A DNA stretch of 64,000 nt from a virus (taxonomy: Duplodnaviria; Caudoviricetes): the IMG/VR virus record IMGVR_UViG_3300020420_000671; one strand, written 5' to 3'. The notes beneath the pieces were generated by a model. It was not told the origin of the DNA. It saw nothing but the letters and a program-made list of their open reading frames with translations, and did not search any database. Positions 39,336 to 48,610 of this stretch are shown here, in pieces. Position numbers and translations under genes: made by a program. Numbering within the stretch: the stretch's first letter is position 1; each line of letters starts with the position of its first letter.

Positions 39336-39881
39336 ATGGCGACACATGGAATGATAGATTTAGAAACACTTGGGGTTAATCCTGATAGTGTTATCGTAAC
39401 AGTTGGTGCTATTAAGTTTAATCCATTTGATAATGCTGAACCTCATAATCCTTTGTATCTCAGATGTGATATAGAAGAACAAAGTGAAAATTTAAATAGA
39501 AAAATAGATGATAACACAATGAAGTGGTGGAGTAAACAACCACAAGAAATACAAGACGAAGCATTTGGAGATCATGAAAGAGTGGACAGTGGCGAACTTA
39601 CAAAACAATTAAACAAGTGGTGCGTAGGTTTAGATTATATTTGGTGCCAAGGACCTACCTTTGATTTTGTAATATTACAGGACTTATATAAAAATTTAGG
39701 CAAACCTGTGCCTTGGAACTTTTGGCAGATTAGAGATAGTAGAACATTGTTTAAAATGTTGCCACAGGATCCAAGAAAAAAGATACAACAATCAGCACAC
39801 AACGCCTTAGCAGATTGTTATTATCAAGCAAAATGCGTTCAAGACACATATAAACATTTTGGAGTTAAAAGTGAAAGCTAG
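39336..39881 (+). CDS. DEDD 3'-5' exo(ribo)nuclease (RNase T/Rv2179c-like)
   Basis: MIDLETLG, WCQGPTFD, RDSRT, HNALADCYYQ. Confidence 0.88.
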   Translation: MATHGMIDLETLGVNPDSVIVTVGAIKFNPFDNAEPHNPLYLRCDIEEQSENLNRKIDDNTMKWWSKQPQEIQDEAFGDHERVDSGELTKQLNKWCVGLDYIWCQGPTFDFVILQDLYKNLGKPVPWNFWQIRDSRTLFKMLPQDPRKKIQQSAHNALADCYYQAKCVQDTYKHFGVKSES

Positions 39882-40182
39882 AAAATTAATTGACGGAACT
39901 GTAGTAGAAGAATTAGAGCAACCAGTTAATTTAGTTATTGAAACCAAATGTCCGAGCAAATGGAAAATCATTGATATGGAAACAGGACAGGCATATATTG
40001 GTACAGATAAAAATAAAAAGTTTCAATATTGGCAAGCCATAGATAATGATAGATTGACAAATATAGAAAAAGAACTTAAAATGTTAAATGAGAAGTTAGG
40101 AAAACATATTGAATTTATTGATCAAACATATGAAGGACTTAAAAACCCAATCAATGCGGCTAGGAGGTGGTTAGGACGATGA
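39871..40182 (+). CDS. Hypothetical protein
   Basis: GTG start about 39871 with SD GGAG; TKCPSKW motif. Confidence 0.6.
   Translation: MKARKLIDGTVVEELEQPVNLVIETKCPSKWKIIDMETGQAYIGTDKNKKFQYWQAIDNDRLTNIEKELKMLNEKLGKHIEFIDQTYEGLKNPINAARRWLGR
40054..40082 (+). promoter_or_regulatory. Internal sigma70-type promoter upstream of the clamp loader
   Basis: TTGACA-N17-TAAAAT inside the preceding CDS. Confidence 0.6.
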
Positions 40183-41096
40183 AGGAACTTTGGGTAGAAA
40201 AATATAGGCCGAAGGACGTAAAAGGATATGTGTTTCGGGATGAGCATCAAAGAAAACAAGTTGAGCAGTGGATAAAGGATGGTACTATTCCCCATTTATT
40301 GTTTAGCGGAAATGCTGGTATAGGTAAAACAACTCTAGCTAAAATTTTATTAACACAATTAGAAATAAATGACTTAGACGTATTAGAGATTAATGCCAGT
40401 AGAACTAATAGTGTAGAAGACGTTAGAGATAAGATTGTAAACTTTGTACAAATGATTCCGTTTGGAGCATTTAAGGTTGTATTGCTAGATGAGGCAGATT
40501 ATCTAAGTCCAAACGCACAAGCGGCATTGCGTGGTGTGATGGAAGAATATCATACAACAAGCAGGTTCATACTTACTTGTAACTATCCAAACAGGATTAT
40601 TCCAGCACTACATTCAAGATGTCAAGGCTTTCATATTGAACGTATTGATCAAACAGAATTTACTGCTCGTGTAGCAGAGATATTAATTGCTGAAGAAATT
40701 ACACCAGACATTGATACACTAGATACATACGTTAAGGCTACGTATCCTGATTTACGTAAGTGTATAAATATGGTACAAATGAATAGTGTAAGTGGTGAGC
40801 TTGTTCCTCCGCAAAAGAGTGATGCTGGAGAAAGTGATTGGAAACTTGAGATGACTGAACTATTCAAAGCAGGACAGATTTCTAAAGCAAGAAAACTTGT
40901 CTGTAGCCAAGCAAGACCAGAAGAGATAGAAGATGTTTACAAATGGCTTTATGACAACATTGATCTGTTTGGAAATGAAGAAAAACAGGAAAGTGCTATA
41001 TTGATTATAAAACAAGGATTAGTAGATCATACATTGGTTTCCGACCCAGAAATAAATTTGGCGGCTACTATGATCCGGTTAGCAAGAATGAAATGA
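40179..41096 (+). CDS. Sliding-clamp loader small subunit (RFC / T4 gp44-like AAA+)
   Basis: [41 protein letters not shown]. Confidence 0.95.
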   Translation: MKELWVEKYRPKDVKGYVFRDEHQRKQVEQWIKDGTIPHLLFSGNAGIGKTTLAKILLTQLEINDLDVLEINASRTNSVEDVRDKIVNFVQMIPFGAFKVVLLDEADYLSPNAQAALRGVMEEYHTTSRFILTCNYPNRIIPALHSRCQGFHIERIDQTEFTARVAEILIAEEITPDIDTLDTYVKATYPDLRKCINMVQMNSVSGELVPPQKSDAGESDWKLEMTELFKAGQISKARKLVCSQARPEEIEDVYKWLYDNIDLFGNEEKQESAILIIKQGLVDHTLVSDPEINLAATMIRLARMK

Positions 41097-41437
41097 CATA
41101 CCTTGTTAATGACAACTGTATAAAATGCAAACACATGGATTGCGTTGAGGTTTGTCCTGTAGACTGTTTCTACGAGGGTGAAAACATGTTGGTGATAAAT
41201 CCAGACGAATGTATTGACTGTGGTGTTTGTGAGCCTGAATGTCCTGTGGATGCTATAATACAAGATTTTGATGATCCTCAAAACAAATGGTATGATTTAA
41301 ATTTTAAATATTCAAACGAATGGCCAAACATTACAGAAAAACGTGACGCCGATGTCCCTGCTGATGCTTCTGAATACAAAGATATGAAAGATAAATTCGA
41401 TAAGTATTTTTCAGAGAAGCCCGGTAAAGGTGATTAA
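41093..41437 (+). CDS. fdxA: 7Fe ferredoxin (FdxA type)
   Basis: [47 protein letters not shown]. Confidence 0.93.
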   Translation: MTYLVNDNCIKCKHMDCVEVCPVDCFYEGENMLVINPDECIDCGVCEPECPVDAIIQDFDDPQNKWYDLNFKYSNEWPNITEKRDADVPADASEYKDMKDKFDKYFSEKPGKGD

Positions 41438-41757
41438 TGAAATTAAAATGTAAGCATATTCTATTAAGTCATAAAGACGCAGAAAATAGTACTCACGATA
41501 GACCTTTAGGCGTTGCTGTTAAAGAAGCCGAAAGAATAATCAAAGAACTTAAAACAGGTGGTATTTCATTTGCCGAAGCCGCAGGAACATTTAGTGCCTG
41601 TGCCAGTGGTCCAAGACAGGGCGGAGATCTTGGTTGGTTTGAAGAACATAAGATGCATCCAGACTTTTCAGAAGCAGTCAAGGTTATAGGAGTAGATACA
41701 ATAGGACCTCCTGTGATTACTCCTTGGGGTGTTCACATAGTATTGAGGACAGGATGA
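41437..41757 (+). CDS. ppiC: Parvulin-type peptidyl-prolyl cis-trans isomerase
   Basis: CKHILL, FAEAA..FSAC.S...GGDLGWF...M...F..A, TPWGVHIV. Confidence 0.92.
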   Translation: MKLKCKHILLSHKDAENSTHDRPLGVAVKEAERIIKELKTGGISFAEAAGTFSACASGPRQGGDLGWFEEHKMHPDFSEAVKVIGVDTIGPPVITPWGVHIVLRTG

Positions 41758-42284
41758 ATATTAAAAAATACGATTGGAACTATCTAATCACACAAAAAGA
41801 TAGGGATATGGTTTGTGACGATGTACGTCAAGCGATAGATGATGGAAAGTTTTGGACCAATAGTCCTAAATTTCAAACAAACTTCAATGTATTTGGATTG
41901 CCAAGTCCACATTGGATGAAACTTAAAATGAGTTTTATCATGAGTTGTTTTATGTTTTTAGAAAAAGAAGTACAAATTAAAAATATTCAAGCATGGAGTT
42001 TTATGACAAAACTACCAGGAGAAGATAGAGAAAAGCTATGGCATCATCACTGGCATGATATAAGCACAAACAGTATAAGTGGTGTATACTACGCACACTT
42101 ACCTGAAGCAGATGATGACTGCGGAACAGAATTTGCGCCTGATGGACCTAAAGAAAAATCAAGACACATGGAACCACCATTGTTAGGTGGCTGGATAATT
42201 TACGAAAGTAAAGAATGGCATCGACCAGGAAAATTAAAATCTGAAGATTCAAGATTTATCGTTGCCGCAGATATGATGTACTAG
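41754..42284 (+). CDS. Putative 2OG-Fe(II) oxygenase-like protein
   Basis: WHHHWH...SGVYY...GTEF...WHRP...RFIVA. Confidence 0.65.
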   Translation: MNIKKYDWNYLITQKDRDMVCDDVRQAIDDGKFWTNSPKFQTNFNVFGLPSPHWMKLKMSFIMSCFMFLEKEVQIKNIQAWSFMTKLPGEDREKLWHHHWHDISTNSISGVYYAHLPEADDDCGTEFAPDGPKEKSRHMEPPLLGGWIIYESKEWHRPGKLKSEDSRFIVAADMMY

Positions 42285-42293
42285 GAGTTTCAA

Positions 42294-42959
42294 ATGGAAG
42301 TAAAATTAATAAGCTATTCCCAACCTGTGGAAAATTTAACAGCCCGGCATCTTATAGATGCTCAAGACTTGATTGCTTTTTGTGCTAGAGTAAGTAATCC
42401 GTCAAATCAAATGAATACAGAAACTAGTGAAAAACTAATCAAATATCTAGTGAAGCATAAACATTGGTCACCATTGGAGATGGTTAGTGCCTGTTTAGAA
42501 ATAAAAACCACAAGAGATATAGCACATCAAATTGTAAGACATCGTAGTTTTAGTTTTCAAGAATTTAGTCAACGCTATGCTGATCCAGAAGCACAGGGTG
42601 AGATGTTTGAGTACAGTGAAGCAAGGTTACAAGATCCTAAGAATAGACAAAATTCTGTAGAAGTTGAAGATTCAAAACTTCAACAGGAATGGGAATGGGC
42701 TCAAAGACGTATAGCTGTTTTGGCCAAGAAAGAATATGATTGGGCTATTAAAAAAGGTATTGCAAAAGAACAAGCTAGGAAAGTTCTACCTGAAGGCCTT
42801 ACAAAAACCACACTCTATATGAATGGAACCTTAAGAAGTTGGGCCCATTATATCGAGTTACGTGGAGCAAATGGCACACAAAAAGAACACATGGATATTG
42901 CTCACGCTTGTGCCAGCGTCATCAGTAATATTTTTCCGTTGGTTGACGAACTAAACTAG
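42294..42959 (+). CDS. thyX: Flavin-dependent thymidylate synthase
   Basis: HWSPLE, RHRSFSFQEFSQRY, ARKVLP, MNGTLRSW.HYIELR, TQKEH. Confidence 0.96.
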   Translation: MEVKLISYSQPVENLTARHLIDAQDLIAFCARVSNPSNQMNTETSEKLIKYLVKHKHWSPLEMVSACLEIKTTRDIAHQIVRHRSFSFQEFSQRYADPEAQGEMFEYSEARLQDPKNRQNSVEVEDSKLQQEWEWAQRRIAVLAKKEYDWAIKKGIAKEQARKVLPEGLTKTTLYMNGTLRSWAHYIELRGANGTQKEHMDIAHACASVISNIFPLVDELN

Positions 42960-43679
42960 TTCATCACCATATACTTCTAACACTTCTTTTACTGCTTCAT
43001 GCCTTTCAATATCTGTATGCGAAAAGGTCACACATGCCAATCTACTAGCAGACGGGTGTCTGCTTAGGTTACCTATAAAATCCAAAAGGCCGTTATCTTT
43101 CATACGGTCAGCTTGATTCAGGTCACCAGTGACTGCCATTTTTGATCCTTCTCCTAAACGAGTGAGTAACATTTTCATTTGACTTACTGTTGAATTCTGC
43201 ATTTCGTCAGCAATGATATAAGCATTTTTAAAAGTTCTGCCACGCATATATGCTAATGGAGAAATTTCTATAACACCTTCATTAATCATTCCTTCTATTT
43301 CTCGAGCGTTAAAATACTCTCTTAAAACATCAAATACAGGTCGTGTCCATGGAGCCATCTTTTGCTCCAATGTTCCTGGTAAAAATCCAAGATCTTCATC
43401 TACAGAAACTGCTGGTCTTGTTACAATAATTTTGTCAACTTGGCCTTCTTTAAAAAGTTTTACAGCCGTTAATACCGCAATGATCGTTTTTCCTGTCCCA
43501 GCCGGACCAATCCCAAAGACTACGTCTTTTCTCGTGTCAGCAAGGGTAAGCAGGTAGGTTTCCTGTGATCTGTTTCGCGGATATATTTTAACGATTTTTT
43601 TCTTTTCAGGGAGATAATTAGTTAGTTGTACAACATTATTGTGAAAGTTTTTGCTCTTTCGAGCCCTCTTTGCACTCAT
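42951..43679 (-). CDS. phoH: PhoH-family ATPase
   Basis: GPAGTGKT, TRPAV, LGFLPG, YMRGRTF, DEMQN, GDLNQAD; start ATG 43679 with SD AAGGAGG. Confidence 0.95.
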   Translation of the reverse strand: MSAKRARKSKNFHNNVVQLTNYLPEKKKIVKIYPRNRSQETYLLTLADTRKDVVFGIGPAGTGKTIIAVLTAVKLFKEGQVDKIIVTRPAVSVDEDLGFLPGTLEQKMAPWTRPVFDVLREYFNAREIEGMINEGVIEISPLAYMRGRTFKNAYIIADEMQNSTVSQMKMLLTRLGEGSKMAVTGDLNQADRMKDNGLLDFIGNLSRHPSASRLACVTFSHTDIERHEAVKEVLEVYGDELV

Positions 43680-43728
43680 GAAGTGTCCTCCTTTATATGA
43701 CTTCTGTAGGCATTTCTTCCTACACAAA

Positions 43729-43781
43729 TATTTAGTAGGTGAACCCAAAGAGTTAAACACAAAGACAATTATGGATAAATA
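43729..43781. promoter_or_regulatory. Divergent late promoter pair
   Basis: TAAATA on the minus strand (43734-43729, towards phoH) and on the plus strand (43776-43781). Confidence 0.55.
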
Positions 43782-43803
43782 ATACTAACATACAGGAAAA
43801 CCA

Positions 43804-44340
43804 ATGAAAGACGTTTTAGAGGTAATAAAAAACATACAAAGCATATACGAAAGCGATGTATCTTTTCAAGTTTTAAAAGACTTTGAAAGGGTGCTAGACG
43901 ACCTTGATTTGTATGTTTATGAAAACTGGATGGATGGAGAGCTAGTAAGTGGACCTAAAATAGGTAGACATTGGGTTACTTGTTCATTTATGTGGGATCG
44001 TGATAAAATGCCTGATCCTATGGGTGGTAAAAGACTTTTAGATTATGACTGTAAAGTTTCATATAAAAGAGATACTATAATTAAACCACGTAAAATACGT
44101 AAACCTGATGATATAAGACCTGGAACTAAAAAGGGTAAATTAGACGTCGAACCTATATGGGTAGTTGAAATAATGATGCCTAAGAAGTTGATAGCTGACA
44201 TTTATACTGGCTACAAAGCACAGGAAGATATAGGCACAGATCCTACTGTAACTCCAAGTATTGCTCCAGAAATACAACCTGCTGAAGTAGGTGCTGAAGC
44301 AACTAATGTAGTAACACAAGGCGCAGAGGATATAGCATAA
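43804..44340 (+). CDS. Conserved jumbo-phage hypothetical protein (late)
   Basis: LKDFERVLD..DLYVYENW..GE...GP...RHWV...PDPMGGKRL. Confidence 0.8.
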   Translation: MKDVLEVIKNIQSIYESDVSFQVLKDFERVLDDLDLYVYENWMDGELVSGPKIGRHWVTCSFMWDRDKMPDPMGGKRLLDYDCKVSYKRDTIIKPRKIRKPDDIRPGTKKGKLDVEPIWVVEIMMPKKLIADIYTGYKAQEDIGTDPTVTPSIAPEIQPAEVGAEATNVVTQGAEDIA

Positions 44341-45044
44341 TGGGATTACTATCTAACGATTTACAATTTTTAGTAGATAATGTTCTTGAAATAGATTCAT
44401 ACAAATCAAAAATGGGTACAGATAGAGATATTGTTACCCTTGCTTTTTCAGTAAACGGAAAAGAACCAGCCACTGATTTAGAAAATTTTATAGAAAAAGG
44501 ATATCCTTTTGTATTAGATGCTGATGTGACTAGTGGTGAACAATCAGACGGAACTTACAAAGTGTTTGTAGAAATAGAAAGAAACAAGGATGTAGGTTCA
44601 CAAATTATGGAAATAGCTGACGGTGTAACAAAACTTGCTAATGTTGATAATCTTAGATTTAGATATTACAAGAACTTTAAAAGCAAAGAACTAAACAACG
44701 AAAACATCAACGAAGAATTACCATTAGATGGCGAAGCATACGATGTCAAAACAAAAGAATCACATTTAGAAAATTACAAAAACTTTTTTACAAACAGTTA
44801 TGCAGAAAGCATTAATATAGTAGGTGATACACTTACTGTTAAAAATACCTACCAACAACCTGTTCACTTCGAAGTTATTGACTTTGGTAAGGGAATGGAA
44901 ATAAACGAAACAATTAACATGGATCACATGTCAGAAGTAATATGGCTTACAAAGTATTTAGGTGATTACAACATCAACAAATATGGTAAGGATTTAGTTT
45001 TACAAAATGAAGGATATGTGCTCAAGCTAAGAAGGATACAATAA
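44340..45044 (+). CDS. Conserved jumbo-phage hypothetical protein (late)
   Basis: IDSYKSKMG.D.DIV.L.F...FIEKGY.FVLDAD..SGE. Confidence 0.8.
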   Translation: MGLLSNDLQFLVDNVLEIDSYKSKMGTDRDIVTLAFSVNGKEPATDLENFIEKGYPFVLDADVTSGEQSDGTYKVFVEIERNKDVGSQIMEIADGVTKLANVDNLRFRYYKNFKSKELNNENINEELPLDGEAYDVKTKESHLENYKNFFTNSYAESINIVGDTLTVKNTYQQPVHFEVIDFGKGMEINETINMDHMSEVIWLTKYLGDYNINKYGKDLVLQNEGYVLKLRRIQ

Positions 45045-45193
45045 TGAACTGTTGTTTAAACTGCGGTCATGAACAACACGACGGGCCACTATGGAAAGAA
45101 TTTCTTGATGGTGATAATAAGCCTGTCATGATTGAAGTGTGCAAACAGTATAGAGGTGAAGTTTGCCAAGAAGAGGAAACTGTAGATGGCTAA
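45044..45193 (+). CDS. Small Cys-rich protein
   Basis: Manual: MNCCLNCGHEQHDGPLWKEFLDGDNKPVMIEVCKQYRGEVCQEEETVDG; coupled on both sides. Confidence 0.6.
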   Translation: MNCCLNCGHEQHDGPLWKEFLDGDNKPVMIEVCKQYRGEVCQEEETVDG

Positions 45194-46034
45194 AGAGCAT
45201 TTTAAATTTGATTTTGAAGAATGGATGGCCGAAGAGCTTATCCATAGAGATGACTGGAAAGATTGGTACGAAGCTATGTGCGAAATCTTACCATTATGGG
45301 AAGTAGATACTGTAGAACGTGTAGCAGGTTTTATTGCTCAGTGTGGACACGAGTCCGGGGGCTTTAGAGTGTTAAGCGAAAACTTAAACTATAGTGCCAA
45401 AGCATTAAACACTATATTTCCAAAATACTTTAGGAGAGCAGGAAGAGATGCGAACGATTATCATAGAAAGCCTGAAAAGATTGCAAACGTTATCTATGCT
45501 AATAGGATGGACAATGGCGATAGTGATTCAGGAGACGGTTGGCGTTTCAGAGGAGGTGGAATACTTCAACTCACTGGAAGATACAACTATACAGAATTTG
45601 GAAAAGCAGTAGAAATGTCTCCAGAAGAAGCAGTTGACTATGTACGCACAAAGAAAGGTGCGTTAGATTCAGCTTGTTGGTTTTGGGATACAAATAACAT
45701 TAACAAATACTGTGATAACCAAGACATTGTTGGTATGACAAAACGTATCAATGGTGGAACCATAGGCTTAGAAGATCGTAAGAAACATTACATACATGCG
45801 TTGGATGTTTTTGGCGGAGACTTTGAAGAGCCTGAAGTGGATTATAATCAAACAATAAAACAAGGTTCAAGAGGACCATTAGTAGCAGAAGTACAGGAAA
45901 AACTAGATATTTCTCCAGCAGATGGAATATTCGGCCCTGGAACTGCTAAAATTGTTAAACACTGGCAGAGTTCAAATGGACTAGTGGCTGATGGTATAGT
46001 AGGACCAAAAACATTGGGAAAGTTGTTAGGGTAA
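45186..46034 (+). CDS. Endolysin: GH19 lysozyme/chitinase-like domain plus C-terminal PG-binding domain
   Basis: FIAQCGHES, ENLNYSA, DGWRFRGGGILQLTGRYNY, TKRINGG..GLEDR; QEKL...ADGIFGPGT...ADGIVGPKT. Confidence 0.93.
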   Translation: MAKEHFKFDFEEWMAEELIHRDDWKDWYEAMCEILPLWEVDTVERVAGFIAQCGHESGGFRVLSENLNYSAKALNTIFPKYFRRAGRDANDYHRKPEKIANVIYANRMDNGDSDSGDGWRFRGGGILQLTGRYNYTEFGKAVEMSPEEAVDYVRTKKGALDSACWFWDTNNINKYCDNQDIVGMTKRINGGTIGLEDRKKHYIHALDVFGGDFEEPEVDYNQTIKQGSRGPLVAEVQEKLDISPADGIFGPGTAKIVKHWQSSNGLVADGIVGPKTLGKLLG

Positions 46035-46039
46035 AGAGT

Positions 46040-46432
46040 ATGGGGATTTTCGGTGGTTTGAAATTGCTTCTAGTAGTGGGGCTTCTTGCTGGTGCTGGTG
46101 GCGGTTTATTTTACGTTAAAAATTTAAAAGCAAACTTAGATTTAGCAAAGGCAAATGTTGCTAAACTGGAGTCTGCTGTTGAAACAAGTGAAGCAAGTTT
46201 GGCTTTACTTAAAAAGGATAATGCTAGATTAAATGATCTTGCTGATCAACTTGGCGTGGATCTAAAAAAATCAGAACAGTATGGGGATGAACTCCGTGCT
46301 ACATTAAATAAACATGACCTAACACACTTGGCAAATAAAAAGCCAGGTTTGATAGAAAAACGAATGCAGGATAAAACAGATGCACTATGGAAAGATCTCG
46401 AGTCTATTACTGATTCTACTCCTACTGAGTAG
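46040..46432 (+). CDS. Inner-membrane spanin (Rz-like)
   Basis: N-terminal TM helix plus long coiled coil, directly after the endolysin. Confidence 0.75.
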   Translation: MGIFGGLKLLLVVGLLAGAGGGLFYVKNLKANLDLAKANVAKLESAVETSEASLALLKKDNARLNDLADQLGVDLKKSEQYGDELRATLNKHDLTHLANKKPGLIEKRMQDKTDALWKDLESITDSTPTE

Positions 46433-46760
46433 TTGCAGTTCATTCAGACCCGACCCAGAAATTAAGATAGTAACCAAGATAGAAAAAACTGTGGTTCCTA
46501 TACAACCACTACCTAAGCCAGTACAGATGAACGACATCAAGATATATGTTGTTTCTCCAAGCGAAAACTTTGAAGAGTTTAAGAAAGAGTTTGAAGCTAA
46601 GAACGGTGGTGATTCATATATAGCAATAAGTGTTAAGGACTATCAAAATTTAGCAAAAAACTTTGCTGAACTAAGACGCTATATAGAACAGCAAAAAGCC
46701 ATTATAGTATATTATGAGAAAGCTGTCCAACCTGTACCTGCTGATAATACTACTGAATAA
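46380..46760 (+). CDS. Outer-membrane spanin lipoprotein (Rz1-like)
   Basis: Lipobox LLLLSSC, Pro-rich linker, overlaps the i-spanin 3' end. Confidence 0.78.
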   Translation: MHYGKISSLLLILLLLSSCSSFRPDPEIKIVTKIEKTVVPIQPLPKPVQMNDIKIYVVSPSENFEEFKKEFEAKNGGDSYIAISVKDYQNLAKNFAELRRYIEQQKAIIVYYEKAVQPVPADNTTE

Positions 46761-46778
46761 TCAGTAAATCTTTCCGCT

Positions 46779-46786
46779 TATAAATA
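46779..46786 (+). promoter_or_regulatory. T4-type late promoter, leaderless (N5 to ATG)
   Basis: TATAAATA-cattc-ATG 46792. Confidence 0.7.
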
Positions 46787-46791
46787 CATTC

Positions 46792-47472
46792 ATGAGCGTA
46801 TTAGATATTTTACGAGCCAAAAGACATAAAACAAAATTCCACAAGCGATTAGGTGAAGAAAACAGCTACGGTTACAGAGCTATGGAGTTTGATTCTTATG
46901 AATGGGCCAACAGCATTTTATTCTTAGGCTGTAGTCATGTGTTTGGTATGGGAAATTACATAGAGGATACTATACCTTATCTAGTTTCTAAATTAAGTGG
47001 TGACCCAACTATCAACATGGGTATATGTGGTGGAAGTATTGATACTGTTTATCATAACACTTTCGCATGTATAGAAAAAGGATATATTCCAAAACAGGTT
47101 GTAGTATTATGGCCTCAAGCATCAAGACAGTTTTATTACAAAGGCGATAAGATTGGAAGTTTTATAGTTGGCGCCAATCTAGGAAATTGGAGTGAAAAAG
47201 CAGAAGCGGCTTTATGGCAACAACATATCATAAGCGACGAAAATTACCTAACAAAAGCATATCTGGGCGTAAGTGCAGTTAACAAGGCGTGGCAACTAGA
47301 AAACGTAAAAGTATTAAATTTTTCAATTATAAGGAAAGATTCTACATATTTTTTAAAAGGAAAGTATCCTGTTACTCCCCTACCTAGACGTGTAGATACA
47401 GCACAAGATGATGTACATTGGGGGCCAAAGACACATTTGAACTATGCCAAAATTATACATAAATACTTGTGA
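46792..47472 (+). CDS. SGNH/GDSL-like hypothetical protein
   Basis: ILFLGCSHVFG, INMGICGGS, D..HWGP..H. Confidence 0.6.
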   Translation: MSVLDILRAKRHKTKFHKRLGEENSYGYRAMEFDSYEWANSILFLGCSHVFGMGNYIEDTIPYLVSKLSGDPTINMGICGGSIDTVYHNTFACIEKGYIPKQVVVLWPQASRQFYYKGDKIGSFIVGANLGNWSEKAEAALWQQHIISDENYLTKAYLGVSAVNKAWQLENVKVLNFSIIRKDSTYFLKGKYPVTPLPRRVDTAQDDVHWGPKTHLNYAKIIHKYL

Positions 47473-47762
47473 TGGAAGCAATATACGAAATGATAGCAAG
47501 AATGGCCTCTGATAGACTGTGGATTTACACAGCACTAGCAGGTTCTCTATTTGGAGCCGCATTTTTGTTCTGGTTCAAAGACACAAGAATGGCTACATGG
47601 GCAGTTGCTAAATTTGATCGTACATTAGAATATCTAGTAAATCGATGGGGTTGGACTTGGTTACAGAATGATCCTAACGCTTGGCGTGTTAAGTATCCTA
47701 AAATTACAAGTAAGATAGATGAACTAGAAGCCAGAATTAAAAAATTAGAAAAGAAGAAATAA
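47472..47762 (+). CDS. Membrane protein
   Basis: One TM helix; TAAATA 6 nt upstream. Confidence 0.72.
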   Translation: MEAIYEMIARMASDRLWIYTALAGSLFGAAFLFWFKDTRMATWAVAKFDRTLEYLVNRWGWTWLQNDPNAWRVKYPKITSKIDELEARIKKLEKKK

Positions 47763-47763
47763 A

Positions 47764-48216
47764 ATGTTTGATCAATTAGGAATGGAACTTACAGACTTGT
47801 TAGCACCATGGATTGCTATTTTAATATCTTTATCGGCGGTATTTTGGTTTAAGGATTTTGCCGTCAACTTAATGAGCGGATTAAAATTTAAATTCAACCC
47901 AGCGTTCAACGAAGGTGATCATATCATACTAGATGATTGTGATGCCATCATTGTTAAGATTGGTTTGCGAGAATCAGTATTTGGTGTTTACAGTGACAAA
48001 GGTTATGTTTGGCAATATATTTCAAATGATAGAATTAAATTACATAAACTTGAAAAGATTATAAACAAGAATCTACATCTAGATAGCGAAGCAGAAAAAG
48101 GAAGACGCTTACAAGCTATGATTGATAAAGCACAAAATGAGGACATAGATCATAACAGAGATGATATTGCTAAGAACAAAAAAGAAATTGAAGACATAAA
48201 AAGAGGGAGAAAATAA
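47764..48216 (+). CDS. Truncated MscS-like protein (TM helix plus beta domain)
   Basis: FKDFAVNLMSGL....FNEGDHIIL...IVKIGLRES matches the MscS TM3/beta domain pattern. Confidence 0.68.
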   Translation: MFDQLGMELTDLLAPWIAILISLSAVFWFKDFAVNLMSGLKFKFNPAFNEGDHIILDDCDAIIVKIGLRESVFGVYSDKGYVWQYISNDRIKLHKLEKIINKNLHLDSEAEKGRRLQAMIDKAQNEDIDHNRDDIAKNKKEIEDIKRGRK

Positions 48217-48572
48217 TGCCTAGAAAGAAACCTGAGGAACTTGAAGTAAGTAAAAAAGCCGATGCTGAGGTCGTAGTGCCTGCTTCAAAAGAAGGTGTAA
48301 GTAAAAAGGTAAAATTAGATTTGGAAGTTGATACAAGTGTAAAAGACTTGGGTCCTAATCCTTTTGCTTGGATTATTCATTTAGCAAGAGCAGTAGATGC
48401 TTGGAGAATATTTCCAAGGATCTTTATTACAATGTATATTTTTTTACTATACAAATGCGTAATTTGGTTTATGGCTCTTGAAAATCCAACCTTAGAACAG
48501 TCAGGTTTAATATCTGTTGTTGTTGGTGCTGGAGCCGCTTGGTTTGGTTTGTATACCAGTTCAAGAAAATAA
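48216..48572 (+). CDS. Holin-like two-TM membrane protein
   Basis: AVDAWRIFPRIFITMY...WFM....EQSGLISVVVGAGAAWFGLY; near the lysis genes. Confidence 0.55.
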   Translation: MPRKKPEELEVSKKADAEVVVPASKEGVSKKVKLDLEVDTSVKDLGPNPFAWIIHLARAVDAWRIFPRIFITMYIFLLYKCVIWFMALENPTLEQSGLISVVVGAGAAWFGLYTSSRK

Positions 48573-48575
48573 CAC

Positions 48576-48604
48576 TTGACATTTGACAAAGAAAGTAATA
48601 TAAT
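48576..48604 (+). promoter_or_regulatory. Perfect sigma70 promoter, 6 nt before the ATG
   Basis: TTGACA-N17-TATAAT-ttaact-ATG 48611. Confidence 0.88.
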
Positions 48605-48610
48605 TTAACT

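Noticed and set aside
43804-44340. Possible capsid-targeting leader (MKDVLEVIKNIQSIYE)
   Set aside because: It is longer and less similar than the leaders in the 54-64 kb block, so it was not counted.
47472-47860. Shared FWFKD pentapeptide in two adjacent membrane proteins
   Set aside because: Too short, the DNA is not similar, and such aromatic-basic TM ends are common.
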